This document shows positions 45,201 through 57,200 of a stretch of 64,000 nt of DNA, in pieces. The notes under the pieces are model-generated. The model was not told the origin of the DNA and ran no database searches. It saw only the letters and a program-made list of their open reading frames with translations. Position 1 is the first letter of the stretch, and each line of letters begins with the position of its first letter. The DNA comes from Antedon mediterranea (taxonomy: Eukaryota > Animalia > Echinodermata). The translations under genes were made by a program, and so were the position numbers. The stretch spans positions 310,001-374,000 of the forward strand of contig NC_092680.1 of the NCBI RefSeq assembly GCF_964355755.1. The letters run 5' to 3'.

Positions 45201-48200
45201 GAGCATTAGCAGATCCCCTCTATGATTTTGACTTTCTAATTTGATGCGGGCGCCCTACTCCATGGCTCACAATGGCGGCACCCATAGCTCTATTCTATCC
45301 CACAATGCCTTTCGAAATTGTTACGCGCTTCGGACGAACAGGAGATTCTTGTGTTATAAGTTCTTTGGTTGTATGTAGATATTGCTTTATAATATTTAAA
45401 TAGTAAGCCTGTTGATTGGTCAAATATAAGCAATAAATAAACAAATCACTAAAACTTGTCATAAAATGATTTGACACATTACTATGTATCAGAAGTAAAA
45501 TGAGATACGTACCACGTGCCCCAACCATCTAATCCAATGGCCTGTACAACATTAGCACAAAATTGGCAGAAAAATACAAAGAAAAACATAAAGAAATTGA
45601 ACGAACTGTCACTCCTATAGAAAAAAAAAGACAAAATAAACATTAGAAATAAAAACCAACCATTAATAATAAATATATTAATATTAATAATACATACATA
45701 TATTACATTAATTAAATATTTTTCTATAACTTATCAAACTAGCATGAAACTTCTATCCAACTAAATTTAAAGTAAATATTTTTAAAAGTTGAAAGCATGG
45801 TAATTTGTTTTTTTTTAAATGTTCTTAGGCTAAATGTGGTAAAATTATGTAGAAATTTAAGTCTAATTCCGATTTTAAAACATGAATAAGTTTTCTCTAC
45901 ATTGGAATTAAAGTCTTAATATTGATTAAGATTCAAGTAATTGTATTGGTACACTTTAAAATGGAAATTCGGTCTGCTTTGCATAATTAAGACAATAAAA
46001 CAACAAAGAAAAATACATCAAATTGCAAAAGGCAAAGTTCATTTGTTGAACTTATGTCCTTTTTTAAGTTTAAAAAAAATATAATTTGTATAGCGCCTTT
46101 CCAAATTGATCAAGGTGCTTCACATTCTAATGCATAGGAAACAAGCAAGTTTTAAGGCCTTTCTTAAATAGATCTATCGATTTTAGTTCCCTTAATTCTA
46201 TTGACAGAGGGTTCCAGAAACTTGCTCTAAATTTGGAGAAAGCAATGTCCCCTGAGACACGCCTTTCAAGGTGGTCCTCTAACCTGGTTGGATCATTTTC
46301 CGACCTGAGACCACGCCTCCCACAATTATAGAGGTTAATCCTAAAGATAACCTGGTGCTCGGTTCAATTATTAAATCCAATAACACCGCCAACTTTTTTC
46401 TTTTTATTTTCTTAAGAAGATCATATGCATTTCAAAGTATAGTATTTTGATTCACTAATTTATGATGCAAGCTAATTTTAATCTTAAATTTTTAAAAGTA
46501 TTATTTTTATTTTATGAGAAAAATATTAATTTGGATGAAAATGATGAAATGATGCTTTACCTGAAGGCCTTGTACATAGGTCGATACCAACAAACGAATG
46601 AGCATGGACTGAACGCTACAAACCAGACTATTGCAAGACCAAATGTTGTCGCTTTACCTCCATCTGTTTTTGAAAATAGGTACGCCATGGCGCCGATCAA
46701 ATTCAAGAATAGGACTAATACATAAACTGAAATGAAATTCACGATATGAAATGCATTTAAAAATGGTATTATAAGCAAATGTGAATGGTATCACAATTAT
46801 GACGCGAAAAACTATGATAAAAAATGGTAGATGGCTTGATGAAGAAAGAAACAAACCATGACGTGTCGCTGCCTGCTCACCTAAAAGCTTTATACAAAGG
46901 CCTAAACCAACACACATAAGAACATGGATTAAAAAGTACACAGAAAAATACAGCCAGGCCAAAACATCGTCCACTATGACTGACTCCTGTACTGATGTAA
47001 CCAATAGATATCAGCACATTTATAAATAACAACACACCATAACCTGAAAGACGTCAATCATTTTATAATATACATACTTTATTTATTTATTAAGGTGAAA
47101 TCTACAAATTTTTCCCAACAGCCAGGTGCGGATCCAAGTGGAGCCCAGTCGGCCAGAGCCCCCCTAAATTTCACAAATTGTAATGCAAAGATAGGAAATC
47201 AAGCTCAGCCCTTCATTTCACCATTTTAGGCCCTGGGCCCCTCCTATTTCAAAATTCTGGATCCACCACTGACAGCAGAAATGAATCCTGCTAGAGAAGA
47301 GCAATACTAGAAATTCTAAAAATTAAATTAGTACCTGATTCAGAACGGCAGCACAAACAAACAATGAAAACAATGGCAAACGTGTTTGGGCTTTCTTTCA
47401 ATTAAATTTGCTAGACTGGATAGCTACCTAATAATTATTCATGAGGCTTTTTAATTTGCTTGTGGAATTCCTAAACACGTTCAAGTATAGGCTGTTTTCT
47501 AAACATGTTTTTGCCGTTGGGAATAATTTGTAGATCATGTCTAAATGAGAAAATGTTAAAGAATTTATTTACGTACCATTAGTGGCTAATTATTATTATA
47601 ACACACCTGATCACATGATATTCAATAAATATTCTATTGAACTCTAAATTACGTCAGAGTGCAATGTAACTACTTATATGTGACTACTGCAATTTTGTTT
47701 TGTGCATTCATTTTTGATATACCACATATGCAACATAAGGTTGGTGTTGACTGTAGTAGTGTTGTCGATGATATCGGAGGCCTGTATTTTCGAATAAGTA
47801 AATATATAATTCACGCAATTCATGAAATTATTTGTACCATTGCACTCATAAACATTTATTATTATGAGCTAGACCATATTGAATGTTTTAAACATTAAAT
47901 GTAACTTACACATCCACAAATAATATCCAGTTTTCACTGTACGCTGAAAGTCCAAAGGAATGTCTACTGAAAAATCTTGATAAAAGCAAGGCTGGATGTG
48001 TAACCATGACGGCAAAGGAGGCCAGTTGTTTTGTCGTGCTAAAAAATAAAGTATTTAATTAAGTATTATTATGAATGAAGGATGAGGTCTACAAGGAGTC
48101 AAAGAAAGATGTTCCTCCTCAATAACAACTCTTTTAAAGTAGTTGATTCTTTCATGTACACAAATGTTTAGAGATAAGGCAAAGATTTATTAATATCAAG

Positions 48201-51200
48201 AAATAATGCATAACAGGCCAGATGAGCAATGTGTGTCCAGTGGCAATATTCAACATTCAAGCGAAACATTTCTCCTAAATAAAAACGTATAAATAAACCT
48301 TGAATAATACAAAAAGAGATTTAGACTCAAACGTAAAACTAATACCATAAGATTAGCAGAGAATGTTAAATTCTCCTATCACGCTAAATGAGACTGTATA
48401 GTTTTAATGGTTCTAACTTACTATTATATTGAGCATTATTAATTTGTTGTTCTCTTCTTTGTAGTTCGGCTGCTTTGCGTTCTAATTCTTCTTGTCGTCG
48501 TATTAAGTCTTCATGTCCAGCTTGCACTGCCTATACAGTAGGGCAAACAAATAAAACACAAATTACATGGGTCAGACCAGGTCATATTTAGTGGGATGCC
48601 AAAGGTAAATAAAACACAAATTACATGGGTGAGACCAGGTCATACTTAGTGGGATGCCAAAGGTAAATAATCTATTCCTTTTTGTCCTATTCTTTACATG
48701 TACATTCTCAGCCAGGGAATGTGTATTAAGCTCTGCCTACACTATCAAACTAGTTTGACAAAAAAGTGTGATGTGCCCAAATATAGTAGTGATATGATAT
48801 CATCATGTCATATATGGGTACATCACATTTTGTTGTCACATAAATTTTGACTGTAAACAAAGCTTTACATTACAGATATTATTTGACACGCAAGAAATTA
48901 GAGTGAACAATATAGAAGCAACTTACTGGTTGTGCAGCTGATTGTGTGTAAGCAGGTGGTGGTCCTGTGGGTGGTAACACTGCAGGTTGGGGTTCAGACT
49001 TTGTAGGAGGTGCTGTCTGTCTATATGGTTGCTGTACATTAAAAAACAAAAAAGGAAAGTAAATCATTTAAATTATCTCATCATCTTATATTGTAGCTAG
49101 GGAAGTCAATGAAACATGCTTAAGCACAATGAAACATGCTTAAGCACAATGAAACATGCTTAAGCACAATGAAACATGCTTAAGCACAATGACTTCAATG
49201 GAAGGGCAACCTGCCTCCTTTGCTATGTAAATTATCTTTACTTTACTAATTTGCTGATTCACGAAGCAATCAAGACACAATTATTAAATAAACACATTGG
49301 TTTTCTTGAATCGTAACATTTCTTTAAAGATATGGATTCTTATGTCTTATACTGTACAGTAGGATAAATTTAACAAATGACCTCTCCTTTTAAATCTTAT
49401 TAAATGTAGATTACAAATATTAATACACAAATATTTTTTTATATGTTTTTTTTGGCTTTATTTGTGACGCAGAGCCTTATGTGTAGTGTTGTGAAGTCAA
49501 AAACAAAAATGCATAGGGTTTTAGCATTTGTACAATATAAGGAATACAAAATTATATACAGTACTGTACAGTATTTTTTAATTTTTTTTATTTTATTTTG
49601 ATATTTTGTATATGTTTTTCATATTTTTCTAATAATAATAATAATAATATGTGCACATACAGATTGTTTATTTGAATCTTCAAAAGGGTTATATTCTTCA
49701 AGACCTCTATGGCTGTTACTAGTTGCTTGTTGAACTGACTGATCCTGCAAGACAAATATAATCAGCAAGTTTAAAAATAATGCTTCCTGTTTCCTTACAC
49801 AAGTGTAGTGTACATTATGTTGAAGAGGATCCAGGAATTATGAATGAAGGATGTGGTAAAAACAATATATTTGTGCGAGAGGCACCACCTTCCCCAACCC
49901 CTGCTGGATCCGTTCCTGTGGATTGATGTTCATCTAGACCACCATGCTTATTTGTGCGAGGGGCACCACCTTCCCCAACCTTTGCTGGATCCGTTCCTGT
50001 TGATTGATGTTCATCTAGACCAGCATGCTTATTTGTGCAGTACACAGTACATAGCATTTTTTTACTTTTTATTCATGTATACAAAAAATTAATTTAAATA
50101 CAATGTATATTTGGCATCTGAAAAAACTGTAAATTGCACTTTAAACTGTAAAGACGACAGACTGACTGTAATGCATAGATACAGGATAAGAAACATTATA
50201 TACATCTGCATCAGATATGATTCAGAGTGCTTAAATTGTAAGGGTTATCCGTCGCCGTTATTACGTTGCTGACGACGGATGAAAGCTGTTCATCGGCTTT
50301 TATCAAACCTCTTGGGATGTAAACATAATGAAGATAGTTTGCCGGAAAATGAATTAGCTACTTTTTTACAAATGTCATGCTAGTATTATATTTTAACACA
50401 TTGAGGCATGTTAAACATAACTGTATACAATTATTGTGTAAATACTGTACTGTGTACTACAGTACAGTTGGATTAGAAGATGTTGTGACATCTTTAGTGC
50501 ATAGGAAAATCTACCCAATGAGTTCAATAAAACAAGAACCAAAAAGCTCACAAATTTTGTATAATAAATCGTAAAAAAAATTTTAAATTTTGATTTTTTT
50601 ATTCTTTCTTTAGCCTCTCTGGATTATTAAGTGTTTCTTCAAATAAGCATGCGTTTATATTATATATATTGATAAGAAAGCACATACCATTGAACAGCCA
50701 GTACAGTGAAATCCACAATTAGAATGCTATAAGCCTTTTAGATAATACTTAACAGATACATATGCAACACACGGTCCTGCATCTATACTATTAAAAGTGT
50801 CACTAATGTAAAGAACGAATCCTGAATCATTGACGCTTTTCCAAAATACTGTTTAGCCTAATAATCTCATTGGCTTTTAATTCTGAACTTTACCTCCTAT
50901 TTGATTAACTCCCACACCATATGGCTGTTGTATGGCTATGATAACAGCCGGAAAACCTATTCAATTTTGTAACAGAAAAACAAATACTTCATGTGTATAG
51001 TAAACATATAGCATCAAGTTATCACCCAAAAGTTTGATTTTGAGTTAATATGAGTGTGACTGTTTTTTGTATTGGTTTGGTGATAGAGGAGCACTTGTGA
51101 GTCCATGGAGACTTTACAACTAAGGTATGAGTAAATATCAAATTGCAATATTCCATTGTGAATGATGGGTACATGTACTCATAGAATGCCATAGTGAACA

Positions 51201-54200
51201 TTATCTGTGGTTATTAGAAATTATATGTTCATTAAATACAGTTGTAGCTAGTAGGTACAATTATATTTTATTATTTCATTTAGCAAACAATTTGCAAAGT
51301 TTTTAAAAGTCAAATAGTTTTAGTTTCTTTACCTCAATCAACAATTTTCAGTTGTTGTCTAACAACTTAGTCTGTTTGGTCAAAGCAGCATGACTAGAGA
51401 ACAACTTCCAAATGTTCATGCTTTATTTTGCCCAATCTGGTCTTATTGACAATTGTTCTGAAGGGTCTCATTTCTGATCTTGTATCCTACTTAAATCTGT
51501 TGTTCAATACATGCCTATACTGTACATAAATAGTCAGCTTTCGGGACAGTAAGTAAGCGAAAGGTGCTTTATACAAAAAGATTAAACTGTGCATGCGTAT
51601 AAGTCCATACTCCGTTCCGTTCATTATTGCGACTGTATTTGGTCAATTTAACATTCGTCGTTCCGTGGTCTAGGCCTACAGTAGATATACCATCGTCGCT
51701 TGTGCAAAACGCATTTAATAACATGACAAAAAACACTTTATACAAGTGTCATGCTCTGCTCTACTGTCCCGATGCGAAAGCTGACTATTTACTTCTTGGT
51801 TTTTTTGGGTACATGTCTGCTATTTATTTTTATTTTTCTTTCTCTACATTTTATATACTGTATATATATATTGCAGGCATTAATAACTAAAAGATAAACA
51901 TTGGTTGCAGATAATAGGTAATCCCATAATTACCATTGTCTGCTGGACCACAAATACAAACATATTTACTACAGTAAACACTCAATCCTTCTTTAGCTTG
52001 CACAAAGCAATGAATCTAAATATGAGAAATTGCACAGCTTGCATGCCACCTACTAATAATCAATGTTGCTTTGAATAGACAATTGGACTTGAATATACAG
52101 GTACGATTCAGCCATAAATTAATGTTCATAAACAATGGCAATATTTATCATATTAAAAAAGTCTACAATTTTCAGTATTGTACAACATATAAAACTGTAA
52201 GTTTATAAATAATACAAATAGTGAGATGACTACGTACAATACTAGCATTTAATGACATTTTATGTTATATCCATGGTGGCCTTTACAATACTAGCATTTA
52301 ATGACATTTTATGTTATATCCATGGTGGCCTTTACAAATGGCCATCCAACATAGAACACACACTACACAAGAACTACACTTAACAGATACATTTAGATGT
52401 AGTAAGTATATGCTAATAAATTAGATTTCTTGTAAGAAGATATTAAATAAACCAGATCTGAATAAACGCAAAGTATGTTTAATGTTTTTCTATAATAATA
52501 CGTTTTATTAACTGTAGGTCATTGTACAGAGTTGAATTCAAAAACAGCTGAAAAATGCATACTTTACCTGTACTACAAAAATAATTATGTAATAAAATCA
52601 ATAAAAATTCATAATTTTTACCTTTTCTGGATTAAAATCCATTTTTGTTTATTAAATGATAATGAAAATACCAGTAAAATGTAGGCTTAGGATCAAAGCA
52701 GAGTCTATTACATAGCCGTACAGTGTAGTCAGTAATAATTATTGATATTGTTATTATCGCAGTAGATAGAAGTCACATGGTAATATGCAAATTACTGTCA
52801 TGTGACATTCAACCTTCATCAGTTGTCACAGAATTTTAAATATTGAAAAAACTGCATTATTTTATTATAATTTAATATTTATTATTTATTAAAAGTATTT
52901 AAAAATTGTATTATAATCATTACAGAGTATAAATAACCAGTTTTATGCAAAATAATAATCAATATTGTTGTTAATTAGTTATGAGTAGTAGAGCAACGTT
53001 TTGTATTGTGTAAGTTTGTAACCTACCAGTATAATGTAAAAAAATGGAAATTAAATTTCATTATGATGCACAGCCGGTGTAAATACAGTACAAGCAAATA
53101 ATACCCAGTAACACAAAACCAGTGCATACAATGTAAAGAAGAGCATAGCTAACAACCAACTATTACACAATTCAGATAATAATATACTGATTGACTGGGT
53201 GTAAAGAAGAGCATAGCTAACAACCAACTATTACACAATTCAGTTAATAATATACTGATTGACTGGGTGTAAAGAAGAGCATAGCTAACAACCAACTATT
53301 ACACAATTCAGTTAATAATATACTGATTGGGTGTACAGTTGTTGTATATATATTTTCTTATTTTACTGTTTAAATAATGAACATGTTTAATACAGAAAGA
53401 ATTCTTGACTTTGCTAACAGTAGTGGTGGCGTGTCGTCATCACAGAATGGACAATACGAGAAGTTAAACCAAAATGGTGGTGATGAGGAGCCAATCAACA
53501 AGTCGCCAACAAGGATGCAATGGCTACAAACAAAGGTTGGAAACATCTCAACTAAAGTAAGGAATGTACCATCGAGAATTGATGCTATCATGCACAAGGT
53601 AATTGATTTCATCATCTAAATCATTATGGCAATTTAGTACCATATATCCTCGGGTACAATCCCACTTCGGGTTTAATCCTACCTCCTACTTTATGTCTGA
53701 TTTCCCAAACAGGCATATCCCGGGTATAATCCCAGTATTGTTTTTGGTCTGGATGTAGCCACTTCAGATAAGTTTTTCTTATAATTTTTTCCTGAACCAG
53801 GGTTTCCCCGGGCATAGTAAGTCCCACACCCCAAAGTCGGCCCAATTTTGGGTGATGAGATTATATCAGAGGATATACACGGTATTTAATAATCTAACTT
53901 TGTGTAATAGGCTTTACTTAACTGTACAGTAGGCCTATCCTGTAGTACAGATTATATTCTGACAGGCTAACATCAGCGGCATAATGGCTATAAGCGCTCA
54001 CTGGCTAAACACAGGGGCCAAGACAATGAGTGGCCCTAACTTTGGAGGGCTCCTTAGAAGTGCTAAACACAGGGCCTCTTTTGTACCAGCAATTCCTTGA
54101 TCTAGGCAAAATTGTCTAGCGCCTAACTGTGACGGTATAATTTAAATTACAGTAGGACAATCCTTGTTACTGATCTATATATATAAATTTATGTAAGGTA

Positions 54201-57200
54201 AAATTTCAGTAAATAATTAATCTTTAATAATATAGAGAGTTGGTACATACCTTTGGTATTGATTTTAACACACCTAAATGAAATCCAGTATTATTGATAT
54301 AATTAAGTTGAGTTAACTATTGGTTATTGATGATTAAAACAAATTTAGGATACAGTAAACCATAAACTATTTGCCAAAATACCTGCACACTGTCCACTGG
54401 TGGTGAATGCTGAAACATACCTTCACACAATACCTGTAATGTATGGATGTTTGATTCCTATCTCTACCCTACGCTCGCGCTAAGGTCAAATTTTTGTTCG
54501 CCAAAATGGCGAAAGGTTTTGAAAAACATTAGCCAAATTGAAAATCCTTTAGTCAAATTTAAAAAAACCATAAAAATTCGAAAAAATGTTTATTAAATAA
54601 ATAATGCATGTATTTTTTTTAAATTTTATTTCTTTTACATTTATATTATTATTAGGTATCCCAATGAACCTGATTTTCGTTACCGTGATTTTAACACGTT
54701 CGTGAAATTTCAAAAAGTGACGTGTCTTTGAAGTTAAAAATATACTATTCCTTATGTACCCATGAGAATAAAAATTATATGCCTGGAAAGATCTTGTTTA
54801 AGGGATTATTTTTATATATTTATAATCTATGTTTATTAAATATTTTAATAGAAAACGCGAGTTAAAAATGAGGTACAAAAGCCGGCGAGCCGAAATCTGC
54901 GCGCTAAAAATAACTTTGGAAAACACCTACCCATTTTCGCACCCGATCGCACGAGGTCCATAATAGGTGGTGGAGTAATTTTTGTTGCATGTTATCAGGC
55001 TTTATATACTCTTTATTTTGATATGTAAATCGGTTATTATTATTATGTACATCCGCCTCAAATGTAAATTTTAACGATAACAATTGAATTTTTGAGTCTT
55101 TCTCATTATCAAAATCTGGCTAATTTAGTATTGAATTTAAGCTAATTTATATTTCTGTTTGATAAAACACATCGTTTTATTTGACTTTGCGTGGACCTCC
55201 TGAAAAAAATAATCCCTACCATAAATATCAGTGTTTACCATTTTCCTTACGGGGGATTCAGTTCTCCGCTTATTACTAAATTACCGTCGCCCAGGCAATG
55301 TGCATGGTATGCATATGTATTAGCGCGTTAATTAATGATTGGATAACCCCCGCAGTGGACTGTTCCATTTTCTGAACTAGTCTTCGCCGCACACGAGGCA
55401 TGTCGAAAAATGTCGCCTCTCATCATGGAATACTGTATTTGCTTCTAAATTTCAATTTTACCGATTTATTAAGTGGAATATTTATCAATCTATTATATAA
55501 AACAAGAAATGTACCGCAGAAATTTAAGAAGCTTTGAATTTGCTACGCAGCGGCCGTAACCCATTCTATGTAGGCGGCCGAAACGCGCTTTGGCCAGGGT
55601 TGCCGTTGCAGTATACGCCGTTTCTTAGCTATTCAATTTAAAGCGCAACTTTCGGTTAGAATAATCGAAAGGGAAATAAAATTAAACATGTTAACATTAT
55701 ACTATTGAGGTAATTACTTTGTTAAATTTAAAATTCCCCTTTTTAAATAACAGAACAGCCTCGTTTACGGAAGTATTCGTCCACATGTTTCTGTTTACAT
55801 TTTCTTCTCGAAGTTCATTTTCTACGTCGAAGAATAGGGACTTCCCCTTTTATTCGCTCATCATCACGTCGACGACGGCCGGCCACGAACCAATCACATT
55901 AACTGTGTGTCATTAAAACGTCATCGAGGCACGCTCTGCGCATGTTTAAACAGCGATCGTGACGTCGTCACATAAAATGCTGTGGTGGTAAAAAGTGTAC
56001 ACCCGAGTCAGAAAGTACCGAAGTGTGGCGAATTCTCGCTCCCATAAGAATTCACGCCGACCAGGCTAGGCCTAGGCTTGGAAATGTATTTTCGCCAATT
56101 TGGCGAACGAGGCAATAATTATTTTCGCCAAATGGAGACTCCAGTCGCCATTGGCGAATTGGCGAGCGGTTAGCGCGAGCGTAGCTACCTACAGTACATA
56201 GTTATTATTGCTGAAAATGTGGTAAACAGTTTGAATACTTCATAATGAAAAAAAAACTATTTGTATAGTTAGAATGTTTAATCAAATGCAGTGCTGGTGG
56301 TGAATATTCTACAATCTTTATTTATTTTTTACAAACTTCAATTCTCAAACCAGTACAGTACTTAACAGAACAGAAATTCAATAATGTTCAAAGATCTGTG
56401 ACTGCAGTTGGTAAACAAATGTTGCTCAACCATTTTAATAGCTATACTTTTCAGGGATTTTAATCTATGATCAATCACTGAAATACATAAAATTGTGCAT
56501 AAGTCACGTTGCGCAACTCGGATGTCATTCAAAAATAGGAGGTGCACAAATTCATAAATGTTGTATGTAGACAAAGTTACAATATTTTCTGTTAAGACGT
56601 TCTAGAAACGTGATGTACAAAAAAGGAAGAAAGAAGGATAATAATAAATATAGAAAAAAAAAAGATCCACACAGTACAATAACAAGGAGTTACAGTATAC
56701 GCATATTGCAGATAACTAATAATACAGAAAAAAAAATAAAGATAATGCACACAGTACAATAACAAGGAGTTACAGTATACGCATATTGCAGATAACTAAT
56801 AATACAGAAAAAAAAATAAAGATAATGCACACAGTACAATAACAAGGAGTTACAGTATACGCATATTGCAGATAACTAATAATTTACAGAAAAAAAAATA
56901 AAGATGATGCACAAGCACAAAAAAAAATAACTAAAAAAACAATGCTCAGGAATGTACTTAAAATCAAATGATAAAATCAAATACTGTTATTTCACTTTGA
57001 GGAAAATCATTGTTTTCCTACAAATTGAATAAAACTACAGTATCAAGATATAAAAGACTTTTAAGACTATTAATGTATGATACAATATCAAACAATGAGC
57101 TATTATAATTGTCATCAAATCATTTACAACAAATGAAACTTTATAATTAAAGTGATGAGTGGAGGTCATCTTTTGATATGCAAGTAAGTTTGCTTATTGC

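Noticed and set aside
41143-47043. Duplicated SCAMP exons as separate tandem genes or haplotype artefacts
   Set aside because: Only exons 6 and 8 are repeated, the others are single copy, and the variants are far too divergent to be alleles
47335-47400. Third exon-6 variant ([16 protein letters not shown] with a g/gtact donor)
   Set aside because: Lacks the PCS..CW.RP motif and has the wrong end phase
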